Below, in pieces: positions 1-16,881 of a stretch of 64,000 nt of DNA. The position numbers were made by a program, and so were the translations under genes. How positions within the stretch are numbered: position 1 is the stretch's first letter; every line of letters begins with the position of its first letter. The notes under the pieces were generated by a model. That model saw only the letters and a program-made list of their open reading frames with translations, searched no databases and had not been told where the DNA came from. Origin of the DNA: the human T2T-CHM13v2.0 reference genome, Homo sapiens; assembly GCF_009914755.1 (NCBI RefSeq), contig NC_060927.1; one strand, 5' to 3'.

Positions 1-366
1 CCTGAGTGAAAATCAAACTTATTCCCCAAGAATCATGTCCCAAAAGATGGCATTCACTAATTCCAAAGAATAATGTTATTCTATAATTTTTCCTTTTGCC
101 CATTTCCTAAGATATCTGTAGGAAACAGTGTGCTTAGGAATAAAAGACACAAAAATTTCTGCTACCAAAGTGGGGTAATGTTTATAGGATTTATAGTATT
201 AATTTTTAAGCATAATCTGGTTTATGTTTGAAAATTTGTAGTGTACAGTCAAATATAAAGAGACAAACTCTGATGCATCTTAACTCTCCTTCCCTCCCAA
301 CACATCCTCATCCCATTCAACTCATTTTTTTTCAAAATTAAGTATTCCCACAGTTCATGTACATAC

Positions 367-459
367 CTCAATAAGCTCATCTCTTTGCCGCAGGCCTTCT
401 TTAAGTTCTTCCATCTTATGCTGCAGCACACTACACATATGTTTCTGCCTTTCTAACTC
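367..459 (-). CDS. LRRFIP2: LRRFIP2 coding exon, 93 nt ([31 protein letters not shown])
   Basis: aacag|GAG acceptor, GAG|gtatgt donor; coiled-coil sequence. Confidence 0.96.
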
Positions 460-534
460 CTGTTATTAAACAAATAATATCATTTACACAGGTCATGGCA
501 CACAAGAAATTTGAACATACACAATACAACACAG

Positions 535-1580
535 AGGTTAAGTATGACCTCCAGAAACATGCCCAAACTCCTGATTCATAGTAACTTAGAAAAATTGTGT
601 ATTCTATAGAAAAGTTAAGAAAATTTTAAAATTCCATCTTGTATAATTATCAGGAAAACCTGAACTAATCAATGGCAAAATTATTAAAAACAAAAGATAA
701 TTTAGTAAAGTAACAGGTTATAAAATGAACATATACAATTCAATGACATTCATATACAAATAAAATTCAAAGAAGGAATAATAAATGCAATATCAAAATA
801 AAATCAATATTAAATAAAAAACATACATGTAAACTTACAAAATATATCAAAAACCTATATGAGGAAAATTATATAAAGCATTCCCAAAAGACAGAGAAAT
901 AGGATTGAATAAATGGAAAGGCATACCGTCTTCTTGGATTAAAAGTCTCACAACATTATAAAAATGCCAGTTCTCCCTAAATTAATCTATACATTTAATG
1001 TAGTACAAATAAAAATACCATCAGGTTTTTCTTTTATCATCATCAGAGCAAGTTGATTTGAAAGAAAAACACAAGAAAAAGTAGCCAGAAAAATACATAC
1101 TGAAAAAGAAGAAAGCCGGCCTTATTAGGTATTAAAACATATTATAAAGCTTCTATAATTAAAACAATGTTGTTATGGCACATGAATATAGACCAAGGGA
1201 GCAGAATAGAGAATTCAGGAAAAACCCACTTAAATATACAAATATATTTAAAAACAATAAAAATAAGAGCATCTCAAATCAATGAGAAGGAAAGACTTTT
1301 AAATTAGTAATGTTGGGATAACTGGATATCCATTTGGAAAAAGATAAAATTGGAACTATACCTCATACCACACACCAGGACAAATTCCAAATCAATCAGA
1401 GATTTACATAAGGAAAGAAAGCCAGGGAGTGAATGGGGGAAGAGGGAAGGGAAGGGAGAACAAACTGTACAGGAATAAAAGTAACCAAGGAGTGGGGCAA
1501 TCTTTACTGAAAAAATGACTCAAAAATCCACAAGCAATGAGGTAATGGTACAATAAATTAGACTACATAAAAATAAAAAT
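535..1580 (+). mobile_element. Old L1 (L1M-type) ORF2 fragment
   Basis: Degenerate L1 ORF2-like, A-rich sequence (aataaatggaaaggcataccgtcttcttggatt; cctcataccacacacc). Confidence 0.7.
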
Positions 1581-1584
1581 TTTG

Positions 1585-2229
<645 letters not shown>

Positions 2230-3500
2230 CTAGAAAGAAAGAAAACACTAACTGCATAGAATAATAAGCTACGGAAACGGACAGTTTACAGAAAAAGAAA
2301 TAGAAATAGCTCTGAATATGAAAAGATACTCATACTAAGAGAAACGGAAACAAACAAAATACTAGCAAAAGTTCAAAAACTTGACAACATATTCCAGAAC
2401 AGAACTATGGGGAAAGAAATAGGCCCTCATACATTTTGGTGAGAATGCAAATGGTATAATGCTTACAAAGGAGACTACAGCAGTATCTGCAAAACTACAT
2501 ACCTTTCGACCCAGCAATCTCACTCTTCATCATAGATACATTGGCAAAAATACAAAAAGACCTATGCAGTATGTTATTTCTACAGGACTATTTTTAACAG
2601 CAAAACATGACAAACTTGAATGTCTATTAATATAGGGAACTGGTAGAATAAAGTGTGGTACATCCATACTGTGGAATAATTATGCAGTGGTGAAAAAGAA
2701 TGAGCAAGATATCTCTATACAACATTCATAAGGTGATAAAATCTACATGCACGACAGCATTTATATTAACAATATGCTACTATTTTCTAAGAAGAGTAAG
2801 AAATACATATATTTGTACATATATTTTGAATGATTATATATACATATATATCTTTTTAGATTAAAAATGGCTACCTAATTTATCTTCTTGGATTTAAAAC
2901 ATGGAAAGATAAACCATTAAAATTTAAAATTCCCTAAAGGAAGGAGAAAATAGAGACAGAGACAGGGATAGAAGATTAACTTCTTCAGATATATTCTTTG
3001 TTAACGTGACTCCAGATCTATGTAACTATTCTAGATAGTTACAAAATTGTAAAACAAAATTAAATTTAAAAAGCAATTCCTAGTGGAAACAATTCAAGTG
3101 GCCATTGATAGATGAATGCATAAGCAAAATGTGGTATATATACAGTGGAATATTATTCAGCTTTAAAAAAGAAACTCTTGTCACACGCTACAACATGGAT
3201 GAGCCTTAGGACATTATGCTAAATGAAGTAAACCAGTCAAGAAAAGATATATTATTATATGATTCTACTTACTTATGAGTTTGGTACACAGAGTAGCCAA
3301 ACTCACAGAGACAGAAAGTAGGATGGTAGTTGCCAAGGGCTGGTGGTAGGGAGAAATGGGTAATTGTTTAATGGGTACAGAGTTCTAGTTTTGAAAGATA
3401 AAAAATTTCTGGAGATCTGATGTACACTAATGTGAATATGCTTCACACTACTGAACTCTACACTTTAAAATGGTTAAGATAATAAATTTATCATGTTTTT
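2230..3500 (+). mobile_element. L1M (MB/MC/ME-like) 3' fragments
   Basis: L1M 3'UTR motifs (aatgtggtatatatacagtggaatattattcagc; ctactgaactctacactttaaaatgg). Confidence 0.7.
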
Positions 3501-4367
3501 TAATGATAATTAAATTTTTTAAAATAAAAATAATTTTAAAAGTAATTCCAAATATTGAAAATAAAATGCAGTGAACCTAACTATACATCCAGTTAGAAGC
3601 GCAGAAAGAAACTATTTCAAGTAACTTCTAAAAACAATAGTTTGGCCACACACAGACTAGTGGCAAAAATAACAGCCAAGCAAAACAAACAAAATAAAAA
3701 TCTTTTAACTATTTTCAGTAATTAAATTGTTGGTGTTAATGTTGGTATTGCTATTCTAGGCAACTTCGGATAAAGCAAAGAGAACAGAACGTAACATAAT
3801 TACTATCATCCCTAGAAACTTTGAGAACTAGGAATTGTAGTGTAGGGGAAACAAACAAAGATACAGATGTAAGACAGAAGAGGTTAAATAACCCTAGAGT
3901 CCTGCATGTGAACTGGAACTATCAGCAAGAACTCATAATGTATTTTGTTGTTAAAAACAAAAAAAAACTTCACACACATATTTCCCAAATTTATCCACTG
4001 AAAAGACCCATAAACACTGACCTACTTGGTGGCAATGAGCATCTCTAGCACTCATACTAAAACAGAACTAGGGCTCCTTGGACAAATGGCTGATTCCAGG
4101 TCTGGGGCAGAAAATGTACAAGATGAGACTGGGACATCTTCTGCCAGAAAGCAAAGAAGCTATCAAAAACAATTAGACTCACCAGAAGTACTTGAGAATC
4201 AACCTCAAGAGGTTCACATTAGCCAAAGATGGGACAATTTTATCATCAAAAAGAATAAAAGCTGCAATGCAACTGAAGATATCAAATGCTTGAATTTATG
4301 ACTTCATATTGATATTTTAAGAGAAAAGTAATTGGTCACAACCAATTCCTTTTTTTGAAAACTCATA

Positions 4368-5445
4368 AAGGGAGAAAATATTTGCGAATAATATATCTGA
4401 TAAAATTCTTATATCTAGAATATATAAACCTTACAAGTCAATAATAATAAGGCAAAATCCAATTTTAAAATGGACAAAGGATCTGAATAGACATTTTGCC
4501 AAGGAAGATATGCAAATAGCCAATAAGCCCATGAAAATATGTTCAAAATCATTAGTCACCAGGGAGATGCACATCAAAACCACACCTATTAGGATGGCTA
4601 GAATAAAAAGGACAGATAACAAGTGTTGGTGAGGATGTGGGGAAATCAAAACCTGCATACATTGCTGGTGTGAGAATATAAAATGGTGCAGCCACTTCGG
4701 AAAACAGTCTGGCACTGTTCAAATGGTTAAACACAGATTTATCGTATGAATCAGCAATTCCACTCCCAAGTATATACTTAAGAAAAAGGAAAGCATATAT
4801 CCAGACCATGAGCAGTGGCTCATGCCTGTAATTCCAACACTTTGGGAGGCCAAGGCAGGAAGATTGCTTGAGGCCAGGAGTTACCAGCCTGGGCAACATA
4901 GCAAGGCCCCATCTCTTAGAATAAAAAAGAAAAAGAAAACTTACGTCCAAAAAACAACCTGTATACAAATGTTTATGGAAGCATTATTCTTAACAGGAAA
5001 AAGTATAAACAACCCAAATGTCAATCAATGCACAAATGGGTAAACAAAATGTAGCATACCCAAAAAAATGGAATATTAATAGGCTATAAAAAGGAATTAA
5101 GTATTGATACATGGTATAACATGGATGAACCTTGAAAACATCACGCTAAGCGAAAGAAGCCAGTCACAAAAGACCATGTATTATATGACTCCTTTCATAT
5201 GAGTCTAGAATAGGGAACTCTATAGATAGAAAGTAGATCAGTGGTTACTTAAGACTGAGGGGTTTGGGGGAAAGGAAGATGATACTAAAGGGTATATGGT
5301 TTCTTTCTGAGGTAATGAAAACATACTAAAAGTAACTGTGATGAAGGTTACACATATATGTGAATATACTAAAAACCACTGAATTGTACACTTTAAATGG
5401 ATGATTTGTATGTTATTTGAATTATATCTCAATAAAGCTGCTTAA
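4368..5445 (+). mobile_element. L1MB 3' end, interrupted by an Alu monomer
   Basis: gagaaaatatttgcgaat... through ...aattatatctcaataaagctg. Confidence 0.8.
4803..4939 (+). mobile_element. Alu monomer (FLAM-like)
   Basis: Left-arm consensus plus A tail. Confidence 0.85.
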
Positions 5446-5460
5446 AAATAACATTAAATA

Positions 5461-5839
<379 letters not shown>

Positions 5840-6344
5840 TCAATTAAAGGATCTAAGCACACACATACAGCCTAACAGTCAGCCACACATCTGGGCCTCC
5901 TGAAGGAAGACAACTGCATCATCTATGAAGCAGACTTTCAAAAAAAACTGAAGTTATATTTGATTAAGCCTCTGTGCCTAACTACCTATTTACAGAGAAT
6001 ACAGAGGAAAGGGAAACATGGTAAAGATACTATGGGGACGAAAACGGAAAAACTTGTAAGACTGGGAAATATTAAGCAACCCAGTTTCTTCAACATATAT
6101 ATTATAAGGAGAAAAAACATGAAAGAGGACCTATACATGAAAAGAGACTTAAAAGATTTATCAACTCATTCTAAGGTGTGAAACTTACCTGGATCCCGAT
6201 TTTTTTAAGTGTAAAAAAGAAAAATCATTTATGACATTTTGAAACTACTGAAATTTTAACATTGATTAGATATATAATATGAATTATTGTTAATTTTACA
6301 GGTGTGAAATGGTCTTTTGATTATGCTTTAAAAGAGAAACAATG

Positions 6345-6600
6345 GGCTGGGCAAAGTGGCTCATGCCTGTAATCCCAACACTTTGGGAGGTCAAAGAAGG
6401 AGGATTGGGCAATACAGCAAGGCCCCATCTCCACAAAAAGATTTTTAAAAAACAGCCAGGCATGGTAGCATGTGCCTACAGTTCTAGCTACTCCAGATTA
6501 CTTAAGCGTAGGAGATCAAAGTTACAGTGGGCTATGATCGTGCCACTGCACTCCAGCCTGGGGAGCAGAGCAAGACCCTGTCTGTAAAAACAATAAAATT
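6345..6600 (+). mobile_element. Alu (J-like, internally deleted)
   Basis: Alu consensus with gaps. Confidence 0.88.
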
Positions 6601-6944
6601 AAATTAAATTAAAATATAAAACAAAATAGTTATTGTAATTCCAGGAGGAGGCACCAAAGACATTTTGAAAATTTTTATTAATACTGTATAATTATTATGG
6701 AATGGTCCTTCTCTACTCTCACTACCTGCTTCTGTAATGAAATACACCAGAATGCCTGACCTCTTTGTGTATCTCTGAATATAAACATTCTACTTTATAA
6801 AGCAATAGTTGTTTAGAACAAGAGAGCTCGGAGTAAAGGTATGTTAGAGAGAGATACTGTCACAAAGTGTTCTGCATCACAGTACGTGAAGCAAATTTCC
6901 AGGGTATTAAAAAAAACAATACATTTTAGGTTTGAAAAGTACAA

Positions 6945-7253
6945 GACCTGCCACGGTGGCTCACAACTGTAATCTCAGCACTGTGGGAAGCTGAGGTGGG
7001 TGGATTGCTTGAGCCCAGGAGTTCGAGACCAGCCTGGGCAACATGGTGAAACCGTTTCTATAAAAAAAAATTTGTCTTTAATTAGCCAGGCGTGGTGGTA
7101 CGTGCCTGTAGTCCCAGCTACTCAGGAGGCTGAGGTGGGAGGATCACTTGAGCCTGGAGACAGAGGCTGCAGTGAGCTATACTTGCGCTACTCCACTCCA
7201 GCCTGGGCTACAGAGTGAGACCTTGTCTCCAAAAGAAAAAAAAAAAAAAAAAA
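6945..7253 (+). mobile_element. Alu (J-like)
   Basis: Dimer plus poly(A). Confidence 0.93.
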
Positions 7254-7704
7254 AGGACAAGATTAAGAAAACAACTCTATGCATACTAAAATAACTCTAT
7301 TACCTTCTAAAATGATGGAGGGAAAAACTAAGTTGGTTAAAATAGCTAATTATAAGGGTTTTCTTTATTTTTAAAAATGCTGAAGGATATTTGAGACGAT
7401 GGAAAGATAATTCATTTTAGTAATGACCCTTAAATACTTAGCATGAGATTTTTACTCTAGTCTGCTAGAAGCAAAGAGCCAAAGACAGATAAGAAAAAAT
7501 GTGTGGGACAGCAAAAAAAGGAGTCCAGAGGCTCTAGGAAAAGCATGATGGCTCAGAATCTCCAAAAATGGCCTATGGGATATATAAGAAGAATCAAAGA
7601 TATACATATCTAGCATATATAATGCTCTTCAATGGGCCACTGTCAGTCCAATATGAAAACAACTAGAAGCCTCTTTTTCACCATCTAAATACCAATCCTA
7701 AATA

Positions 7705-8065
7705 AACAATTTTAGAGCAGTTTAAGATTCACAGTAAAATTATGTTTAAAGTACAGAGAGTTTTCATATACTCCCTGTCCCCACACACGCACAGTCTACC
7801 CTATTATAAACAACCCACAATAGAGTGGTACATTTCGTTCTATCACTGAACCAACATTGACAGATCACTATCACCCAAAGTCCAGAGTTTACATTAGGGT
7901 TCACTCTTGGTGGTGTACATTCTATGGTTTTGGACAAATGTATCCATACATGTATCCATAATAACATGTATCCACCATTATAATATGATACAGAATAGTA
8001 TCACTGCCCTAAAAATCCTCTGTGCTCTGGTCTATTCATCCCTCTCCTCCAAACGCCTGGCAAAC
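7705..8065 (-). mobile_element. L1MC-like 3' fragment
   Basis: ccaaagtccagagtttacattagggttcactcttggtggtgtacattctatgg. Confidence 0.7.
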
Positions 8066-8978
8066 ACTTTCTAACACTTTTTGAATGTGACCAAAACAGG
8101 CTGGAATGGGCATTTCTAGTCCTCAAGGAAAGAAATTCCTATAAAGACTACAGTAATAATGTTGGTCTCCTACAGGTTATATAAACAGCTTCTCTCCCTT
8201 TATTATGTGCAAATTCAGATTGCTGTTTCTAACAATTTATCAATATGCACTTCCTAAATTATTTTCTGGATTTTTTATATTGGCAATGTAGTAGCAATCC
8301 ATTTCTGGCAATAATACCCATTTGACCTCTGCTTGAACTGACATCAACCCTTCAAAAAGTCTAAAACATATGCTTTTAAAAGAATCCAATTTGTTTTCTG
8401 CAGTTGTCAGAGAGCAAATCTGGGCCTTGGACAATGCGTTATATTCTCCATCTGTACATTTTAACATTACAACTTATAAACCTCTAAAGAAAACATCTTT
8501 CAATTTCTGACCCACATCTCCAAATTGCTGATTTTAAATAACTGATTAAAGACTTCTATCCAATTATTTAGAAAATGGATTCTCTTGAACCGTTCAGAAG
8601 TTCATAGAAAAAAAATGAATCATCCTATTGAGAGTCTTTGGAGCTTTGCGGGAGTTCCAGTCACTTGTAACCAGAAGAAATAAGTAACACTGTAATTACA
8701 GTCCCAATTAAGAGATAGAAAATGAAGCTAAAACTTGAGTTGTATTCTATTTTCAGAAACTTAACAGAAGACATAAGCTTTTCCTCAAGAAAATATTTTT
8801 TTAAATAAAAAAAGAGTCATCCAGGGCCTGATATCTCATGGTGTTCTGTCAATTTCCTTGGGCCATTCAGTTTTGACTGAAACATCATTCCTAAATAAGT
8901 ATGCTGCAATCTTCCATCACTTTGTAAGTGGCAGGCTTTTATTTTCTGCCCCAAGAGAAAATACAAGATAAGCATTAC

Positions 8979-9149
8979 CTTTGATTTTTCTTCATTTTCT
9001 CTATAAAATTCTGCCATCTGTTCCTCCTGCTCTTCAATAACATCCTTGAGTGTGTCTACTTGGTAGATCAAATTGTTCTTCTCATTGTCTAACTGTGCAT
9101 TGGAAACCATGGCTTTCTTGTATTTTTCTTCCACTTCAGACAAAGATTC
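8979..9149 (-). CDS. LRRFIP2: LRRFIP2 coding exon, 171 nt, coiled coil ([57 protein letters not shown])
   Basis: ctctcatttag|GAA acceptor, AAG|gtaatg donor; hallmark [13 protein letters not shown] motif. Confidence 0.98.
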
Positions 9150-9723
9150 CTAAATGAGAGTTAAGTCATCAGTCTGATATCTAAAATGTTAATTGAATAC
9201 ATGCAATATAACAGGAAATTATAGCACTGCCACAAACACATAAAGATGCATTTTCATAAAATACAAGCGGTTTGGGGAACTCCTTGTTTAGTAACATGCA
9301 TGTGAAACAGGAAGACAATAATAAGCCGATAATGCCTTTATAAGAACAATATGTGCTCTCTGTTCCCCAAGAAAACAAAATTAAGCAGCAACATAGCCTC
9401 TGAAAGATGAAAAGAATTGCAACAACATATATCTGTAAGGGTCATAAAATGAAGAATCATCAATATTTTCAGAAATTTTACTCTTATAATTTTAATAACA
9501 GACTGGTGTTCAGAACGCAGTGATACCACAGAATACAGCCTCTCTTTACACAGGTGAACTTCATACGCATTTGAATTTTGCCACTTTCTAGACAGTTGTT
9601 TTTAGTACTTTCCTGTTCTGCATAAAAATGCCAACATAAAGGTAAATATTTTTTCTAGCAATTATCCAAATTTCAATCATGTTTAAATAAGCAACACAAA
9701 AATGAATATTAAAAAAAGAGCTT

Positions 9724-10032
9724 GGCCAGGCACAGTGGCTCATCTCTGTAATCCCAGCACTTTGGGAGGCCAAGGGGGTAGACTGCTTGAGCCCAGGAGC
9801 TCAAGACAAGCCTGGGCAACATGACAAAAACCTGTCTCTGTAAAAAAAAAAGTACAAAAATTAGCCAGACACAGTGGCGCACACCTGTAGTCCCAGCTAC
9901 TTGGGATGCTAGGTGGGAGGACCGATTGAGCCCAGGAGGTCAAGGCTACAGTAAGCAGAGATTGTGCCACCGCACTCCAGCCTGGGTGACAGAGCGAGAC
10001 CCTATCTCTATCAATAAAACAAAACAAAATAA
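9724..10032 (+). mobile_element. Alu (J-like)
   Basis: Dimer plus tail. Confidence 0.93.
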
Positions 10033-10518
10033 GAGAGTCTGATCTAGTGTCACAGTTTTGAAGTAAAAAAAAAAGGTACCACAAAATGCCTGGAACGTTA
10101 CATATCTCAAAATTTTCTGCCTAAAATAGCTTACATGTTTTTTTGTGTGTAACTATATCTACTTTGGTAATTACTACTGCCTAATGACTTTTTTAAAGCT
10201 AAAAAAAATGTTTCACACAGGAAAAGTAATCATTTATGGAAATAAATTTAAAAAATACTAGCACAAATGTTTATCAATGAAATGGAACTAACAGCCCAGA
10301 ACTTACATTTACAATCAGTTAATTTGGACAAAGGGGTCCATGTAACTCAATGGGAAAAGAATAAATGGTATTGGGACAAGTGGATACCCACAAACAAAAG
10401 AATGAAGTTGGACTCCCACCTCACACCATACACAAAAATTAACTCAGCATAAGCCATAGATGTAAATGTAAGAGCTAAAACAATAAAACGCTTCAAAGAA
10501 AATATGGACAAATCTTCA

Positions 10519-10911
<393 letters not shown>

Positions 10912-10925
10912 TCACTCAAATATAA

Positions 10926-11224
<299 letters not shown>

Positions 11225-12203
11225 CAAATGTAAAACCTTTATGCTGCAAATGATATGATCAAGAAAGTAAAAAGACAACCCACAGAATGGGAGAAAATAT
11301 TTATAAATCTTATATCTGATAAGGGACTTATATGCAGAATAATATATAAACAACTCTTACAACTCAACAATAAAGGACACACAAATCAATTTAAAAATGG
11401 GCAAGGACCTGGATATTTCTCCAAAGAGGATATGCAAATGGCAAATAAGCACATGAAAACACGCTCAACATCATTAGTCATTAGGAAAATGCACATCGAA
11501 ACCACAATAAGATACCACCACACTCACTAGGATGGCTATAATCTATAATCAAAAATACAGAAGACAAGTGTTAGTAAGGATGTGGAGAAACTACATTTCC
11601 CATATATTGCTGGTAGGAACATAAAATGGTGCAGCTACTTTGGAAAACAGTTTGACAATTCCTCAAAATGTTAAATATAGTGTTACCACATGAGCCAGCA
11701 ATTCTATTCCTAGCAATCTACCAAAGAGAATTGAAAAGATATGTCTACACAAAAACTTGCACACAAATGTTCACAGCAGCATTATTCATAATAGACAGAA
11801 AAGTATAAACAACCCAAATGCCTATCAACTGACAAATGGATTAACAAAATGCAGCAAATCCATACAGTAGAATACTATCTAGCCATTAAAAAAAGACTGA
11901 CAGATAACATGACATGGGTGAATATTGAATATATTATGCTAAATGAAAGCCAATCACAAAAGACCACATATTGTATGATTCCATTTGTATAAAATCTCCA
12001 GAATAGGCGAATCTACAGAGACAGAAAGTTAGTGATTGGGGTTTCTTTTCTGGCTGATGAAAATGTTCTAAAGATGGGTTGTGGTGCTAGTTGCACAACT
12101 CTGTGAGTATGCTAAAAACTACTGAATTATATATTTTAAATGGGTAAATTCTTATGGAATGTGAATTATATCTAAATAAAAATACATACATACATACACA
12201 CAC

Positions 12204-12492
12204 TTTTTTTTTTTTTTCTTGGAGACAGGGTCTCACTCTGTCACCCAGGCTAGACCACTGTGGCACAATCTCAGCTAACTGCAGCTTCGACCTCCCCAGA
12301 CTCAGGTGATCCTCCCATGTCAGCCTCCCGAGTAACTGGGACCACAGGCACGTACTACCACACCTGGCTAATTTTTTGTAGAGACAAGGTTTCACCATGT
12401 TGCCCGGGTTGATCTCAAACTCCTGGGCTCAAGTGATCCACCCACCTTGGCCTCCAAAACTGGATTGAAGGTATGAGTCACCACGCCTGGCC
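12204..12492 (-). mobile_element. Alu (J-like)
   Basis: Reverse dimer; TSD acacacactttt. Confidence 0.93.
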
Positions 12493-12884
12493 ACACACAC
12501 TTTTAATAATGCTTCATAAACCAGAATTAAGTTGTCAGGGAAGATTTAAACTACGATTAGAAACAAATTTAACCAAAACAAAGAATATAAGCAAAGTCAA
12601 TTATACAGTGCTCTAAATGTATCTAAATGTATCTTACTATACTGCAGACTTTAAATAATTCTCATCCATCTGAGAGGCTAATAGCAGGAAAAAAGTCATC
12701 ACAACTCAGTGCCATATAAAACCACATGAACACCAGAATTTAAGATAGCTCAAGTACTAGATGCATGCACAAAATATATAATACAATAAATAAGACATAA
12801 ATGTATCCAATGTAATCTTCCTTTAAACACTAGACCACAAAAGACTGTTTTAAACAGAAGTGTCAGGTATTTTAGTGATCTTAA

Positions 12885-13232
<348 letters not shown>

Positions 13233-13248
13233 TTGAATGCTTCTAAGT

Positions 13249-13433
13249 CACCGATTTTCAAAGTGTGGGTTCCAGATCAGCAGCAACAGCATCTCCTGGG
13301 AACTGGGTAAAAATGCAAATTTCCAATGCCATCCCAGACCCAATGAATAGAAAATCTGAGGGTAAAGTCTAGCAATCTGTATTTATTAAAAGCTCCAGGT
13401 GATTATGACACACACCAAAGTGCTGAAGCCACT
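13249..13433. mobile_element. MER5-family hAT DNA transposon relic
   Basis: ttttcaaagtgtggg...cagcagcaacagcatctcctgggaact...ctccaggtgattatg...ccactg. Confidence 0.75.
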
Positions 13434-13700
13434 GTGTTAATGTTTAAGCATTGATTACCTATGCCCATATACTTCTAGAACAAGCCTTCACAACCCTATG
13501 ACCAAAATTGTCAACCAGATTGTGAGCTATCTGAATTCAGGGACATGATACCTTCATTGTTTTATTCTCAGTCACTTCATACATCAGTCAATTTACAGCT
13601 GATGGCAAGACTTACCCCTACAGTCTATTAACTCTTGACAGTTCTTTCTGGGATTACTGAAGTTAAAGCTATTTCTCTCCTTATTCTTACTGTCCTTCTA

Positions 13701-14170
<470 letters not shown>

Positions 14171-15235
14171 ATTTTAATTTTAAAAAAAGTACCTAAGTAA
14201 AACATAAGATTTTCATTGGAGGTAAAAATAAATAATACAGATAAAGCAAAAGTCTTCCTTGACCACGCGCCCTCCAGAGGCACAAGTGCTATTGGTTTGG
14301 TAGATTATCTTTCAGGCCATTTCCTATTTGTTTACAGTATAAAATATATACCCTTGACTTCATATATATTTTTAATACAAATTATATACTCTACATTTTG
14401 TTCTATAGCTTGCCTTTTTTCAATACATCTTGGAAAGTTTTCAGTCACTATAGATTTACTATTGTTATTTATTGCTATAACTCTGTACTTAAATTTAATA
14501 AAGTATTAATTTTAATAGTTTTTAAAATGGGTTAATGGGTTTAGTCCTTTGACTTACAAAATCGTTAATCTTTCATGAAATAGATCACCTAAATTTTACA
14601 ATTAATATTTTACTGCATTTTCTGGGTAATAGTACACATGAATATATATACACATATATACACATATATACTAGTACAGCATGGGCAAATGCTGTATTAG
14701 TAATAATAAACTTTCCTGATAAAAGGATGGAGGGGAGAGTGGTTGAGAGCATCCCAAAGGCAAACATAATAACAGTAATGTCACAAGCAATGAGCCAACA
14801 TCCTTTTTCAATAGGATACATCATACCACCATGCTTGGTCACCAATCAGACAATCTTTTCTTTATTTTTATGGGTTTTTTTCCACTTCAAGTGTCAAGGA
14901 TAAACGTAATCTGAAGTCAAGTTCAATTATATTCTGGCATGAATTAGGACAAGGGATCTCATCTGTTCAAATCTCAAATCTAATCTGTTCTTTTGTATTC
15001 TTCAAAGAATGCAATAAATGGTAGATCTAACATGAAAGGAAAAAACGTTTTAAATAAAATGCCAGTAAGAATGCCCCTGAATCACATGATTGCTTTCCTG
15101 ATACACTGTTACACATGTGACTTTAATATATTTATTTAATGTACCGATTTGTTTGATCCAAGATAATTTCAAAAGTCGTATCTCTAAAACCTTAAAAGAG
15201 AGATTAAATCCTGAAGATTAAAGGAGTAAGATTAA

Positions 15236-15918
<683 letters not shown>

Positions 15919-16436
15919 TAAACTTCTGGTTTCTTCATAACAGGAGGCTTGAACTTCAGAATGACATGTGAGGAAAAGAAGAGCATGATAACCAAATGCT
16001 ATGTACAACCAAACTGTCTGCCTCACACATTTATATTGAAAAATGTCAGTGATCCTTTCTGGGAAAAGATAAAGACCATTTACATTTACCTCCAAATTCT
16101 TTAAGGCACTAGATCTGTGTCATCTTTTTTGACCTATAGGTTAAAAAAATCCAAGCCAAAAGAAAATATAGGCCTCATGCCTTCATGTTCCTTCCTCCAG
16201 GGGGGATATTTATAATAATGGTGTCTCAGTTGCTACTTCCTCTCACATTTAATACTGACTGAGTTTGGTAACAGAAATATGCAACACTTTTTCATTTAGC
16301 GTGGAAGAAATTTTGAGGTCTAATTCTCAATAAAAATATTCTTAGTATTTTTTTAGGTGTTTGACCAATTTAATTTTGTATGGCTAAGACACCACGGATA
16401 TGCATGTATTTTACAAGGTTTTAAAACTGTAAAGGA

Positions 16437-16583
16437 GGCTGGGCGAGGTGGCTCATGCCTGTAATCCCAGCACTTTGAGAGGCCAAGGCAGGAGGATGGC
16501 TTGAGCCCAGGAATTTGAGACCAGCCTGGGCAACACAGTAAGATCCTGTCTGTACAAGAAAAATAAAAAAGAAAAAAAAAAAA
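16437..16583 (+). mobile_element. Alu monomer (FLAM-C-like)
   Basis: Left arm plus tail; TSD aaaactgtaaa. Confidence 0.9.
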
Positions 16584-16809
16584 CTGTAAATGATATCTTC
16601 TGCGGAATATTCAAAAACTGTACTACACATTTAAACATAAGCAGAGATTGAAAGTTCACCATTCCTATGCACTGCAGGTTAAGCACATGCTTGAAAGACA
16701 AACACTGTTAGTAAAGCTATGTGCAGTTGGTTAACAGAACTTGCAAAGCCACCATTGCCAACACTTCTGCATACAGAGCATGCTTGGGCTGCAGAATGGG
16801 CCCTGATAC

Positions 16810-16881
16810 CTTTAGTTCTTTAAGCCCCTGCATGTATCTCCCTTCTACATCCTGTATCTGGTCCTTAAGGTCATAGATATC
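16810..16881 (-). CDS. LRRFIP2: LRRFIP2 cassette-type coding exon, 72 nt (DIYDLKDQIQDVEGRYMQGLKELK)
   Basis: cctgcag|GAT acceptor, AAG|gtatca donor; contained in track ORF 16717-16905. Confidence 0.95.

Noticed and set aside
8817-9143. 108-aa ORF as a standalone gene
   Set aside because: It is LRRFIP2 exon 8979-9149 reading through into the intron
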